Origin: a virus
Lineage: Duplodnaviria; Caudoviricetes
Virus record (IMG/VR): IMGVR_UViG_3300020049_008087
Coordinates: 1-64,000 of that record
Length of the DNA stretch: 64,000 nt
Strand: one strand, 5' to 3'
Positions 1 through 10,215 of this stretch are shown here, one piece after another (the stretch's first letter is position 1; each line of letters opens with the position of its first letter). The translations under genes and the position numbers were made by a program. The notes under the pieces are model-generated. The model saw only the letters and a program-made list of their open reading frames with translations. It was not told the origin of the DNA and did no database searches.

Positions 1-11
1 CGCAGCTAATC

Positions 12-230
12 ATGAATTACTATGATAGTGTAACTATTTTGCACAGATCAATTAATACCAGACGGTATTTTGATCCCAGCAAGCGAGATGATTTGACTGT
101 GTTAAAATTCTTCAAAAAGCATAACAAGTGGAAAGATGGATGTCCATTTTATTTGGAATGGCCTCACGCTGATATTATCAGCATGTGCAACACAAAGTAT
201 TCTGATTACATGTTAAAGCAACTAAAGTAA
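12..230 (+). CDS. hypothetical phage protein
   Basis: 72-aa ORF ending at a bidirectional terminator. Confidence 0.6.
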   Translation: MNYYDSVTILHRSINTRRYFDPSKRDDLTVLKFFKKHNKWKDGCPFYLEWPHADIISMCNTKYSDYMLKQLK

Positions 231-254
231 AAAAGCCCCATATGGGGCTTTTTT
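229..254. terminator. bidirectional rho-independent terminator
   Basis: AAAAAAGCCCC-ATAT-GGGGCTTTTTT between convergent genes. Confidence 0.85.
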
Positions 255-255
255 A

Positions 256-2271
256 TTAGGTCTTCATTATGAAACACAGTGCATAGTAGGGTGGCAAATT
301 CTGATTGGTTCCACTAATACCTGCAGTGTTCACTGTGGTAGACACTGTGCCAGATGGTGTGCCCGCAGATCCTGATGTGATAGAAATGCCAGTTGATGAA
401 TTGCTAGTATAAGCTTGAACTCCACTGGTACTAATCCCACCGTATCCGGATATAGCAGTCGCCATCTCCACTTTAAAATTAGTGCTAACACCACTGTTAC
501 CAAATAAGTCATATCCAGGCCCGATACCCACCCCCATGATGTGATTGTGTTTGGGGTCAGTAACACCATGTGTGTGAGCAGACAACGAATCGCCTGCGAA
601 AGATGAACTTGCAGTGTGAGTGTGGCTGGCCACCACAGCATCTGCCGTACCACCGGTAACACCAACGGTGTATGTTGAACCGGCACCAATAATAAATTTA
701 TTTCTTAAATCAGGTGTACTATTAGTACCATCACATATTCTAAATCCTGAGGGTATGGCAGAGGTGGCTCCGGACCACATCATGATGACACCAGTTGGTA
801 TTGTTTGACTGACTGTTGGTGAAGTTGTGGTTAATCCACTTATTGCCGATTTCACATACTCGGTGGTTGCAATCTGTTTGCTTCCGGCAGCAGCTTGACT
901 GGCGGTAGGAGCTAGAGGAGTTCCAGTAAACTCTGGACTCAGCAAAGGAGCCTTACCCGCCAGTGCAGTTGTCAAAGTTGCAGTACCAGAATAATTGGTA
1001 AGTGCATTGGTGACAAACGCAGTGGTTGCCAATTGCGTAGAATTTGTTCCGTTAGCCGCAGTTGCAGAAACTGCCAGGCCGTTAACTGTTAGGTTACCTG
1101 TGACAGTTGCATTGCCGCCCACAGTTAAATTGGCTGTAATATTAGCGTTGGTTAAATTGCCTGTGATATTGGCACCAGGAATATTACTTATATTACCAGC
1201 ATCGCCCTTAAAGGCACCTGCAGTCAATACTCCGGTATCTTTGTTGAATTTTAAATTTGTATTAGCACCCAGTACACCAGCATCGTTGAATTGTATATGG
1301 GTGTTGCTTCCTGCCGCCGCTACACTACTACCAAATATACCTGCTTGAGCAGTCCAACTAAGGTTTCCAGTTCCATCAGTTTGTAGTATATACCCGCTAG
1401 TTCCTCCCAATATTTTAACATCATCGGCTGGTCCTAAATTAGCTTTAGCCACTATAAGTTGACTGGCACTGATTCCACCGCTTAGTGTGATACTGTTGGG
1501 AAACTCTACTTGTATGTTGCCTGAGCTGGTTACAGGAGTGCCAGTCACTGTTAATGTGCTGCTGACCACTCCCACTTTGGTCACAGTTCCTGCTTGTGTT
1601 GCCAATCTGGCAGAGATAGTAACATCTCCGTTGCTGCCACTGAGTACAATTCCAGTACCTGCAGTCAATTTAGTAACACCTGTGTTTACTATACTGATAG
1701 TTCCATCACTTGTAATGGGGCTGCCGGACACTGCAATTCCGGTTCCAGGATTCACTGCCACGCTGGTCACTGTGCCAGTGCTGACAGTGCTTACAATGCT
1801 GGTTATTCTACCGTATTTGTCTACTGTGACTGTGGGAGCAGTATACGCACCAGCCACTACGCCACTCACTGGTAAATTGATAGTGATATTACCGTCACTG
1901 ACAATGGGTGAGTTGCTCACAGTTAACGAGCTACTGGTCACGCCCACGCTGGTGACTCCAGCTACTAGTTCACCAGTAGAATCTCCGGACACGCTAATAG
2001 TTACGTCGCCGTTGCTGCCGGAGAGTGAGATTCCAGTGCCAGGAAGCAGCTTGACTACTCCTGTGTTCTTGACTGTAACAGTGCCAGTCTGATCGTTGGT
2101 AGCAGTTGATATACCAGTGTCACCCACGAATTTAACATAGGTACTGGCTGAGCTAAACAACGTGGTAAAGTTGTTTTCTATCTTATTGAAAGCCACAAAC
2201 AGCGAATCACTGCCTATCTGTTGATTGGGTGCTGAGCTTACGTTGATTTTTTGTTGACCTGAAATCGCCAT
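256..2271 (-). CDS. tail fibre / baseplate fibre protein with C-terminal tail-collar domain
   Basis: gp9-like N-terminus (GSDSLFVAFNKIENNF), G-T-V-T-S-V repeats, collar motif IPTGVIMMWSG...ICDGTNSTPDLRNKFIIGAG...NLPPYYALCFIMK. Confidence 0.85.
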   Translation of the reverse strand: MAISGQQKINVSSAPNQQIGSDSLFVAFNKIENNFTTLFSSASTYVKFVGDTGISTATNDQTGTVTVKNTGVVKLLPGTGISLSGSNGDVTISVSGDSTGELVAGVTSVGVTSSSLTVSNSPIVSDGNITINLPVSGVVAGAYTAPTVTVDKYGRITSIVSTVSTGTVTSVAVNPGTGIAVSGSPITSDGTISIVNTGVTKLTAGTGIVLSGSNGDVTISARLATQAGTVTKVGVVSSTLTVTGTPVTSSGNIQVEFPNSITLSGGISASQLIVAKANLGPADDVKILGGTSGYILQTDGTGNLSWTAQAGIFGSSVAAAGSNTHIQFNDAGVLGANTNLKFNKDTGVLTAGAFKGDAGNISNIPGANITGNLTNANITANLTVGGNATVTGNLTVNGLAVSATAANGTNSTQLATTAFVTNALTNYSGTATLTTALAGKAPLLSPEFTGTPLAPTASQAAAGSKQIATTEYVKSAISGLTTTSPTVSQTIPTGVIMMWSGATSAIPSGFRICDGTNSTPDLRNKFIIGAGSTYTVGVTGGTADAVVASHTHTASSSFAGDSLSAHTHGVTDPKHNHIMGVGIGPGYDLFGNSGVSTNFKVEMATAISGYGGISTSGVQAYTSNSSTGISITSGSAGTPSGTVSTTVNTAGISGTNQNLPPYYALCFIMKT

Positions 2272-2293
2272 TTGATTGTCTATCCTTATCTAG

Positions 2294-2300
2294 TATTTAT
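2294..2300 (-). promoter_or_regulatory. T4-like late promoter (ATAAATA)
   Basis: ATAAATA about 22 nt upstream of the fibre ATG; the same motif precedes many structural-type genes here. Confidence 0.6.
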
Positions 2301-2313
2301 CAATAAGGACACT

Positions 2314-2868
2314 TCACAGACTTTGACCCCATCTGGTGCTGATCACATTCCAGTTGATTATCTTCCATTGTTCCTGCAGGTACTTCTTTTTGTCAGATCC
2401 GTAGTCCAACAAGAAAGCATGCTCCCACCAATCAACAATAAGCAGTATATCACTGCGAACTTCATGATTTTTTATCGTTTTAATGGCGCCACTGTGGGAC
2501 AAATACACCCAGCCTGACCCCTGTATCTTCATGGCTTCTTCTGCAAACTGGTCTTTGAAATTGTCCCAGTCTGAGAACTTTTTGTCTATAAATGTCTTGA
2601 TTGGCCCAGTGGGTTGATTGTTGTTTCTGACCTCACGGAACTGAGTAAACAGCAGATTATGCAGAAAAACACCAGCATAATTGAAGTCTTTGTCTCCCTC
2701 ACCCTTGTTGTATCTGTCAGCGTAGCCATGAGCCAGCTTGCCATAGTGTAGGTCGATTGTAGCCGCACTCAACACTGGACTAACGTCCTTGTCGGTGAAG
2801 TTTAAGTTGATTATTTCTATGTCTTGGGGCTTTTCTTTGCCCTCAAGTATTGTGATGATATCGCGCAT
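2314..2868 (-). CDS. sod: Fe/Mn superoxide dismutase
   Basis: metal ligands in LHYGKL, LHNLLF and DWWEHAF, plus QGSGWVYL; preceded by ATAAATA (2874-2880). Confidence 0.85.
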   Translation of the reverse strand: MRDIITILEGKEKPQDIEIINLNFTDKDVSPVLSAATIDLHYGKLAHGYADRYNKGEGDKDFNYAGVFLHNLLFTQFREVRNNNQPTGPIKTFIDKKFSDWDNFKDQFAEEAMKIQGSGWVYLSHSGAIKTIKNHEVRSDILLIVDWWEHAFLLDYGSDKKKYLQEQWKIINWNVISTRWGQSL

Positions 2869-2933
2869 TAAGATATTTATGCGTTTTTAATAAAAAGAGA
2901 TAAATAAATCATAAGGAGTAAAATCTAACTACT

Positions 2934-3716
2934 ATGAATGAAAAATACAAACTTAGGGGTGAAAGAATTTCTGAAGCCAAAAGGATGAAACAAGAAGAAT
3001 TTTTAAAAAGAGCCATATCAGTACATGGTACCAAATACGATTATTCTGAAGCAGTTTATATAAATGCACATGCCAAAATAAAAATTGGTTGTTTTGAACA
3101 TGGCATATTTGAACAACGCCCACATGATCATGTTAAAGGAAAAAATGGATGTCCGGTGTGCGGGGAAGAAAACCGAAGAAAAAATCATTCTAAGCAAGCA
3201 TTAGATAAATTTTTAATATTGGCAAAAAAAATACACCAAAACAAATATCAATACGTCATTGAATCATACACCGGAATAACAGATTTGATGGAGATAATTT
3301 GCCCAATACACGGAACATTTAAACAAAGTGCAGATGTTCATAAAAGGGGTAATGGGTGTCAACGGTGTGGATCAGGTCCTATTTCAAAGATGTCCCAAAA
3401 ATGGCTTGATTCACTAAATGTACTAGACCGAGAATATTGGATAATAATTGATAACAAAAAATATAAAGTAGATGGGTACGATATTGGTTCAAATACTATC
3501 TACGAATTTTTGGGCGACTATTGGCATGGAAACCCAAACGTTCATGATCCTAACAAAATTAATCCCCACAATAAAAATACCTTTAGAGAACTTTATGAAG
3601 GTACTATTCTAAGATTAGAAACTTTTAAAAAAGCAGGATATAATTTAATTTTTATATGGGAGCGTGATTATTTAAAGCCTCCTAATAATTCTACCCTTAG
3701 TCAAATCATAAGGTGA
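2934..3716 (+). mobile_element. free-standing homing endonuclease (DUF723-like Zn repeats + Vsr/PD-(D/E)xK domain)
   Basis: two HG-x-F-x-Q...GC-x2-C repeats; VDGYD...IYEFLGDYWHGNP; antisense to neighbours. Confidence 0.75.
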
Positions 3717-3887
3717 AAATTCTACAGAAACCGTGTCGCCTAATAGAATTTTGATGCCGTGTTTGCGCATTTTACCAGAGATGTGACCAAGTACCCGCTG
3801 TCCACTGGGCAGGGTAATGCGAAACATTGCGTTTGGCAACACTTCGTCAACTACCCCATCTATTCTAATACCCTCTTCCTTGGACAT
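3672..3887 (-). CDS. infA: translation initiation factor IF-1
   Basis: [14 protein letters not shown]...[32 protein letters not shown]. Confidence 0.92.
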   Translation of the reverse strand: MSKEEGIRIDGVVDEVLPNAMFRITLPSGQRVLGHISGKMRKHGIKILLGDTVSVEFSPYDLTKGRIIRRL

Positions 3888-3896
3888 GGTACTGTA

Positions 3897-4286
3897 TTAT
3901 CTCCGCATGCTGCTGATATCTTTAGCCTCTTGGTCACTAAAGATGGGCACTGCATTGCTTTTGTGCATGGTACCGATACCCACAATCTTGGTACCAGTGT
4001 ACTGCGGAGTCTGCTTGATGGTAACTGCACCCGTGTGCCCACTGTCAACACTGGCCACCTTGCGCAATTCAGCTACTCTGGGATTCACTGCAGCAACATA
4101 GGGTTTGCTTTTGAGAGCACGAGTCCTGCGCTTAGCGTCGGCATCAACACCCTGTCGTTTAAGCAAATCGGCCCACTGTTGGTCTAATTGTTCGTGCTGG
4201 CGCTTTTGTTCAGCACTGGCCCATTTGTGTTTGCCTTTGCGTTTACCTGTGGTAGTAAGGGCGGGGCTTGCAAGATGCATTGTCAT
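3897..4286 (-). CDS. conserved phage hypothetical protein
   Basis: C-terminal YTGTKIVGIGTMHKSNAVPIF motif; sigma70 promoter upstream (about 4317-4345). Confidence 0.6.
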   Translation of the reverse strand: MTMHLASPALTTTGKRKGKHKWASAEQKRQHEQLDQQWADLLKRQGVDADAKRRTRALKSKPYVAAVNPRVAELRKVASVDSGHTGAVTIKQTPQYTGTKIVGIGTMHKSNAVPIFSDQEAKDISSMRR

Positions 4287-4346
4287 GATGATAACTTGTG
4301 AGTTGACGATAATAATATTATACAGTGTTGGCTATTTACTGTCAAG

Positions 4347-4964
4347 TTATTTCTTCAGAGTAGCCCAAATCTGCTCTTTTTCTTTAATGTCAGCCTCAAG
4401 TTCTCGGTATTGTTTACCCAATTGTTTCAGCGTTTCCCAGCGTTCTTCCAGCTCAGGATTTGGGTGCAATATGGCCAATCGTTCTTCAATGGATTCCAAC
4501 AACGCGCCAATGTCTTTGCCACCGATAGATACCTTGCCGTCGAATTCTGCATCACCATGAATTTTAATATCATGCGACCTTCCAGTGATTGTGTCCCACG
4601 TGGACTGTGCGCCGTAGCCACCAGGTATGGCCGCGCCGTAACCAAATCCGCCAGTACCACCTCCACCTGTTCCAGTAGTATAAATTGAGGGTGCCAGAGT
4701 AACAGTGCTGCCACCCCAGGTTAGGTTGCTGTCGTATATTCCACCAGTGATTGATCTGCCCAGTGTAGATGCGGTTATTGAATCTATCCCACCAAGACTA
4801 TCACTGTCCAATGGAGTGATTGAGATCGTGTCCTCACCAAAAGAACTGTCTCCAAAGTCTAAAGACATTTGGTCACCCTGATAGGAATAACTGTCAGAGA
4901 TATCATATCCCTTGGAAATAAACACATCCATGCCATTGATGACGCTTTTTTTAGAAGATGCCAT
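4347..4964 (-). CDS. hypothetical protein (Gly/Ser/Thr-rich, C-terminal coiled coil)
   Basis: 205-aa ORF coupled to the upstream gene. Confidence 0.6.
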   Translation of the reverse strand: MASSKKSVINGMDVFISKGYDISDSYSYQGDQMSLDFGDSSFGEDTISITPLDSDSLGGIDSITASTLGRSITGGIYDSNLTWGGSTVTLAPSIYTTGTGGGGTGGFGYGAAIPGGYGAQSTWDTITGRSHDIKIHGDAEFDGKVSIGGKDIGALLESIEERLAILHPNPELEERWETLKQLGKQYRELEADIKEKEQIWATLKK

Positions 4965-5158
4965 TAGTTAACTTTCCTTAGTATAAATTCGCCGTCTGCG
5001 CCAGCGCAGAATTCAATATCGTCGCCCTCATCCCAGCCCAGCTTTTTCAACAGCGCAGGTGGTATAGGCAACAGTATATCACCGTTGGCATCACGGTTAG
5101 TCACAACCTCATATGAGGTGTTCTTTGATTTCTTTTTTGATTTTTTCTGTTCGGTCAT
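4964..5158 (-). CDS. AbrB/MazE/SpoVT-like DNA-binding protein
   Basis: GDILLPIPPALLKKLGWDEGDDIEF pattern. Confidence 0.65.
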   Translation of the reverse strand: MTEQKKSKKKSKNTSYEVVTNRDANGDILLPIPPALLKKLGWDEGDDIEFCAGADGEFILRKVN

Positions 5159-5244
5159 ATGGTGTATTGTACTACATATGACTGTGTATTGTCAATATGT
5201 AAAGATAGGAAATTAACCCAATTATAGAAGATTATGGTTGACAG

Positions 5245-6207
5245 TTACCAGGCCTTGCAGCTCCAGTATCGTGCTTTCCAACGCGGTCCTGGATTAGCGC
5301 AATTATGTCTTGCTCTAAAGCTTTTGCGGCGCTTGGGGTTTGACCGTTTGATAGTCATGTTGGGGTCACCAAAATTAACTTTGACCACGTTGCCTTTGGC
5401 GTTCTTCACATACACTTTGCTTTTCTTTACATCACCCTGCATGGGTTTGCCCAGTGGAACTTTACGGCCCTGATATTCAGCTTCGTGCAGTTCTTGTACT
5501 TGGTCCAGCATCTGTAGAGCAGTTTCATCCATGTGGATAACTATGCCATCTGCCAGTACCTCAGTCACAACTGTTTCTATCAATAGGTCACCCAACTCTA
5601 ACTCAAATACATCACCCTCGCTTATACTGTTGCTCAAGTAGGGTGCATAAATTTTGGTTAATTGCTGTATAGTACCTTGTGTGTTGTTGTCACGATGTAA
5701 TACACCAATGCCGCCTGCAGACTCCCAGCGTTCTATATACTTCTTGTGATCGTCTACCAATACATTGGGCTGACTGGTAGTGGCATACTTTTCTTTCATG
5801 CCAGTAAAGATAGCAGCACTGCTGGTACCTGGATTGTATTGGTCTAGCCAATCTTTTTTACCTGCAATACTGGCTTCGTAATTGCCGCGTAGTGGGGCAC
5901 TCAATATGGTAAAGGGAATCTTGTTCTGCTTGAGCCAATTGACCAACTGATTACCGCCACTAAGTGGTGGCAGAGTGGCAAAGAATTTGTATATGAACTC
6001 AGGTCCACGATTGGTTAAATCGCTTATGCTTTGCTCACGTTCCTCTTTGCCACCAATTTCTTTGTAACGTGCTTTGTTATGAATGTTAGCCCAGGCAGTA
6101 AAGAAGTCGGCTTGAACTCCATCCATGTCCAAATATAAATGTGGCATGGGTGGCAACTGTTCAGGTTGCTCTGTATCTATATCTTCAGTGAGTTCGTGTA
6201 TTTTCAT
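5245..6207 (-). CDS. HAD 5'(3')-deoxyribonucleotidase fused to a basic C-terminal DUF6321-like domain
   Basis: YLDMDGVQADF, ILSAP, LVDDH; C-terminal FGDPNMTIKRSNPKRRKSFRARHNC...ARYWSCKAW; ATAAATA at 6225-6231. Confidence 0.75.
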   Translation of the reverse strand: MKIHELTEDIDTEQPEQLPPMPHLYLDMDGVQADFFTAWANIHNKARYKEIGGKEEREQSISDLTNRGPEFIYKFFATLPPLSGGNQLVNWLKQNKIPFTILSAPLRGNYEASIAGKKDWLDQYNPGTSSAAIFTGMKEKYATTSQPNVLVDDHKKYIERWESAGGIGVLHRDNNTQGTIQQLTKIYAPYLSNSISEGDVFELELGDLLIETVVTEVLADGIVIHMDETALQMLDQVQELHEAEYQGRKVPLGKPMQGDVKKSKVYVKNAKGNVVKVNFGDPNMTIKRSNPKRRKSFRARHNCANPGPRWKARYWSCKAW

Positions 6208-6251
6208 AATATCAGTATATTATATATTTATGCCAAATGCAAGTTATTAGG

Positions 6252-6833
6252 TTACATCCAGAGTAGGATACCCTGACTGCTTAGAATTATACCAACTCCA
6301 GCTATTACAAAGCTACCCCAAAATAAAGGCATACTAACTGCCAATATACTGGCAGACAGTAACACAATTGACAACTGATATGCAGTTGAAGCATACCCAA
6401 TCCAGGGGCTCTTTTTCTTGGCAGCGTCACGGTCTGCTTCCAATCCTTTGGCTCGCGCAAATAATTCTCTTTTTCCTTCTCCATTCACTGGATCAGTTTC
6501 ATAACTGGCTGCTTTCTCAGACCATTTTTTAGCCTTCGCTGGATCAGTTGTTTGCTGTGCTGCCAGTTCGTATTGAGTTTGCTTGACACTTTTTGCTTGA
6601 TAGAAGCTCCACAGGTCATTTGCTTTAATAGTGTTATTCATTATAGTAGAACTTAATCCACCACCAATGTAGGAATTTACTGCTAACAGTAGCGCAAATA
6701 CGGAAATAACCATACCTGCTTTGTCTTTTAGTTTAGCTTCACGCTCGCTGCGTGATCCAACTGGCGGCTTGGGTGCGTCTGGATCTTTTGGTGTTTTGTT
6801 TACGATGTTTAATATTGAATCTATAATACTCAT
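6252..6833 (-). CDS. DUF4337-like membrane protein
   Basis: three hydrophobic segments and the ANDLWSFYQAKSVKQ motif. Confidence 0.6.
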   Translation of the reverse strand: MSIIDSILNIVNKTPKDPDAPKPPVGSRSEREAKLKDKAGMVISVFALLLAVNSYIGGGLSSTIMNNTIKANDLWSFYQAKSVKQTQYELAAQQTTDPAKAKKWSEKAASYETDPVNGEGKRELFARAKGLEADRDAAKKKSPWIGYASTAYQLSIVLLSASILAVSMPLFWGSFVIAGVGIILSSQGILLWM

Positions 6834-6957
6834 TTACTGCTCCCTTAAAAAAGTCTTTATCTATCTTACTCAATGAGTGCGATTATTTTTTGTGTACTTT
6901 ATATCTAAATACTATAGTATTTAGTCACCATAACAATAATAAAAAAGGGGCTACCTC

Positions 6958-7614
6958 ATGGATCCAATTACCGCTTTTGCCATGGCACAAGGGGCCTTGA
7001 AGGCCATTAGATCCGGTGTGGAATTTTACAAGGAATGCCAATCCGCCGCGGCTGATGTATCCGATATCACCATGGAAGTGTCCGGGAACATTGGTAAGTT
7101 CCTGGATGCCAAGGGCGTAGTACAAGATGCTGCTGCCAAAGCCAAGAAAGAAAGCGAAGAAAACTTTGATCCCAGCAAGGTCAACAGTCAGGCCTTGAAC
7201 AATGTCATGATGGAAATGCAGTTGGCCAACGCCGAAAAAGAACTGCGTGAAATGCTGGTGTATGAAACTCCTGGACTGGGTGATATCTGGACAAGATTTG
7301 GCGCAGAAAGAGAAAGACTGTGGGGCTTACAGCAGAAACACCAAGAAGAACTGGATCGTCAGGCAAAACGAGAACGAGAGCAGGCACTGCAAAAAGCAGC
7401 AAGACGCAGACGCCAGCTTGAGCAACTCTGGCACGATGCGCATTGGGTCATAACAGTGTTGGCAATAGTGGCAATATACGCAGGCTCCATGTACATGATA
7501 GTGGAAGATAGAAAAATACAGAATCCTGAATTGGGAACCTGCTTCATACCCAGGGGCGCTCCAGGATATGAATGGTATAGTACTCTCAGATGGGTCAATT
7601 GCGAATTTGACTAA
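6958..7614 (+). CDS. hypothetical coiled-coil membrane protein
   Basis: 218 aa with a C-terminal TM helix; CTAAATA promoter-like motif upstream. Confidence 0.6.
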   Translation: MDPITAFAMAQGALKAIRSGVEFYKECQSAAADVSDITMEVSGNIGKFLDAKGVVQDAAAKAKKESEENFDPSKVNSQALNNVMMEMQLANAEKELREMLVYETPGLGDIWTRFGAERERLWGLQQKHQEELDRQAKREREQALQKAARRRRQLEQLWHDAHWVITVLAIVAIYAGSMYMIVEDRKIQNPELGTCFIPRGAPGYEWYSTLRWVNCEFD

Positions 7615-7675
7615 TACCCAGGGCTAGCTGTGTTTGGGGTTGATCCGATAAATACTACTATTATAGGAGAGCATC

Positions 7676-8137
7676 ATGAAAGCATTACTGGTTGCAATGA
7701 TGTTTCTATTCTCCATCTCTGCCAATGCTGATGAGGAATTTAAACTCAAATTTGAAGATCCAACACAAATAATATTAGATCGCGGCGACTGGGAGTTAGT
7801 CGCAACAGAAGTTACGTACAATCTACATATCAATCGCTTTGTCAATGAAGTCAAGCCCAATGCCAGCGTACAAATACATTCCATGGTGGAGTTTAACGAT
7901 CCAGAGGGATTTAAGTTTGAGGCTCTCATTACTCCAGTAAAACGAATATTCACATTTGGCGTACTAAACTGTGAATCAGGTGTATTGGTTATGCTTACTG
8001 AGTGGTTTACCAACAAAGACAATCAAGTGGTGTACGTGCAGACACATGAGCCAACTGAATATGCAGTTGACATGATAGCACCAGGTACAGCCAGACACAA
8101 GCTGTATTTGAGACTGTGCGGCGGAAAACGCAGTTGA
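7676..8137 (+). CDS. hypothetical secreted protein
   Basis: signal peptide MKALLVAMMFLFSISANA; GGAG SD; ATAAATA upstream. Confidence 0.65.
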   Translation: MKALLVAMMFLFSISANADEEFKLKFEDPTQIILDRGDWELVATEVTYNLHINRFVNEVKPNASVQIHSMVEFNDPEGFKFEALITPVKRIFTFGVLNCESGVLVMLTEWFTNKDNQVVYVQTHEPTEYAVDMIAPGTARHKLYLRLCGGKRS

Positions 8138-8245
8138 TAGACTGCACCTATTGACATATCACTGCTAATATTTTTACGCTGCCTCCAATACTATATAAGT
8201 ATATAGACGCAGCGCTTATAGTGTCTATTGTTATAAGGAGTGCTA

Positions 8246-8437
8246 ATGCGTTTAGTACTACAGTTAGTAAAACGGCTGCTCCGACACATCATGTGTATTT
8301 GGAATTTGGCACCGGTGTTGTTGCTGTTGGAAATATGGGCTTTGGTTAGGGTACTGGTCATTTGTATCCTAGTGGCAATCATAGTATTGAATAGCGTCTG
8401 GGAAGGTGCTATTAATTACGTAATGACATTACCTTAA
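8246..8437 (+). CDS. small hydrophobic protein
   Basis: AAGGAG SD upstream of ATG 8246. Confidence 0.45.
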   Translation: MRLVLQLVKRLLRHIMCIWNLAPVLLLLEIWALVRVLVICILVAIIVLNSVWEGAINYVMTLP

Positions 8438-8447
8438 GGGAATACTA

Positions 8448-8765
8448 ATGAAGAACCGGTTGGCAGTTGTAGTGGGATGTACCTTTTTGGTGGTATATAC
8501 TGCATATGCGTATGCACAAGAAAAGCGTACTATTCCAACGGTGTGTGACAAGACAGAAACTGTTATCGCCACTCTAAAGAACAAGTACGGCGAGATTCCA
8601 ATCATGGCTGGCGTCAGTGCTGATGCTTCTAAGAGTATAATGAGTGTTTGGGGTAACCCAGAGACAAAATCATATACTGTATTGGCAACCAAAGGTGACG
8701 TTACATGTGTACTCAGTGTGGGTGAAAAACTAGAAGTGCTCTTGAACTTGGGTACTGCTATATAA
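8448..8765 (+). CDS. hypothetical secreted protein
   Basis: signal peptide, two Cys, KYGE-x-P motif. Confidence 0.6.
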   Translation: MKNRLAVVVGCTFLVVYTAYAYAQEKRTIPTVCDKTETVIATLKNKYGEIPIMAGVSADASKSIMSVWGNPETKSYTVLATKGDVTCVLSVGEKLEVLLNLGTAI

Positions 8766-8767
8766 CA

Positions 8768-9028
8768 CTAGCGTTTAGTGGGCACGTAGTCTACGTATGG
8801 TTTAGGGGAAAAGTCAGGAATCAGTCTGGTCTTGATACTGTCCCCGTACTTAAGCTCAATGTAGCTGAACAGCTTATCGTTCTCCTCAGTATAATTTTCT
8901 ATTCCAATCTGAAGGTAGTTTAACCAAAATACCTTCAGGTCTATTTTACTCTTAATACTTTTATCAGTCACTATGTCAGTGAAATCGTTTGATTCTCGGT
9001 AGAAGGTTATGAATTTCATTTTTTCCAA
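8768..9028 (-). CDS. hypothetical protein
   Basis: ORF at the end of a coupled operon. Confidence 0.55.
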   Translation of the reverse strand: MEKMKFITFYRESNDFTDIVTDKSIKSKIDLKVFWLNYLQIGIENYTEENDKLFSYIELKYGDSIKTRLIPDFSPKPYVDYVPTKR

Positions 9029-9210
9029 ACTAAAAAATTTATAAAATCTTTCTCTGACTGAAAGTAGAATTTATAAATGCCAGCCAAGTCACCAGCCTCT
9101 TCTGTAACACTCACTCTCCAGCTGTCACTGCAATTTCTCTTGCACCATTCCATCAATGGACCCAGCTCACCCAGTTTCGCATCAAGTACGGTTTCGTAGT
9201 TAAGCTTCAT
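9016..9210 (-). CDS. small W-C...F-x-L-x-W family protein
   Basis: EWCKRNC...FYFQSEKDFINFLVWK. Confidence 0.6.
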   Translation of the reverse strand: MKLNYETVLDAKLGELGPLMEWCKRNCSDSWRVSVTEEAGDLAGIYKFYFQSEKDFINFLVWKK

Positions 9211-9685
9211 ACTTAGTGACCTCAACATTGGACCTTCTGAGAAATTCTATCCCTGCACTGTCTCGGTAATCTTCTTGGTAAAAGACTTGCTTGATACCAG
9301 CTTGGTGTATTCCCTTGGCACAATCTAAGCAGGGTGAGTGTGTTACAAACATGGATGCTTGACTACCCGAACTTGAACTTTTAGCCAATTTCATCAGACT
9401 GTTCATTTCAGCGTGTAACACTTCTGGCTTGGTTTTTAGTCTAGAAAATTTCTTGGTAGACTCATCGTATTGCCAATCACCCATTGAGTGAGTGTCACGT
9501 TCGTCGTAAGTTGATAATACATCTTCGCAGTTGTTATCCCAGCCAGCTGGCATACCATTGTAACCGTAGCTGATAACAGTGTCGTCCTTGACTATAACTG
9601 CGCCCACTTGCAATCTTCGTGCATGGCTTAACTTTGCAGCACTTCGGGCCCAGTTCATGTACAAGTCTATAAATTTCTGTTTCAT
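9200..9685 (-). CDS. cd: dCMP deaminase
   Basis: GYNGMPAG, LHAEMN, HSPCLDC zinc motifs. Confidence 0.9.
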   Translation of the reverse strand: MKQKFIDLYMNWARSAAKLSHARRLQVGAVIVKDDTVISYGYNGMPAGWDNNCEDVLSTYDERDTHSMGDWQYDESTKKFSRLKTKPEVLHAEMNSLMKLAKSSSSGSQASMFVTHSPCLDCAKGIHQAGIKQVFYQEDYRDSAGIEFLRRSNVEVTKYEA

Positions 9686-10215
9686 CAATCCCACAAACTT
9701 CTAAAATATTTACCAAACAAATTCAATCCCTCTTGGATTCGTTCTTCATGCAGTTCAAGTCCAGCAATGTCTAACCAATGCTGATCGGGATTCAAGTCTT
9801 TCATCTCATACGATTTGTCTGCCACGCCTGTGTTGCCTGCAGTGGGATTCAGTTCCAGCCACTCCCAGCGCATTTTCCCATGATGGTACTGTTCAGAATA
9901 GTCGTGTCTGGTCAATTGCTCAAAGCTCCAGATCATCTTGTTCAGCACTTGATCCCATCTCTTGCACCCCTCATCAAATGCATCGCTGTGTGACTCTTTG
10001 TAAAAGTCAAAGCTATCTTGACTTTCATAGTCTGCTCCACCCACGTCGGCAAACTCGTTTGGAACTCCCTGCTTGGTATCTCTTAACTGCAACAACATGG
10101 GGTAAATTATGTGCGACAGAGTGCCGTCACAGTTCCAAGTATCAAACTTGTCAATGTGAATTTCAATTTTTCTACGGTTGGACTGTGCTGCCCAACCACC
10201 CATTTTTATTTTCAT
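9685..10215 (-). CDS. conserved phage hypothetical protein
   Basis: 176-aa ORF, translationally coupled. Confidence 0.6.
   Translation of the reverse strand: MKIKMGGWAAQSNRRKIEIHIDKFDTWNCDGTLSHIIYPMLLQLRDTKQGVPNEFADVGGADYESQDSFDFYKESHSDAFDEGCKRWDQVLNKMIWSFEQLTRHDYSEQYHHGKMRWEWLELNPTAGNTGVADKSYEMKDLNPDQHWLDIAGLELHEERIQEGLNLFGKYFRSLWD

Noticed and set aside
330-2092. Overlapping ORFs within the tail fibre gene (e.g. 995-1348, 1487-2092) and similar shadow ORFs throughout the window
   Set aside because: They are antisense or alternate-frame by-products of codon bias, with no RBS or motifs.
8177-8214. Inverted repeat around TATAAGTA as an N4-type hairpin promoter
   Set aside because: Single instance in AT-rich DNA, adequately explained as a late-promoter variant.
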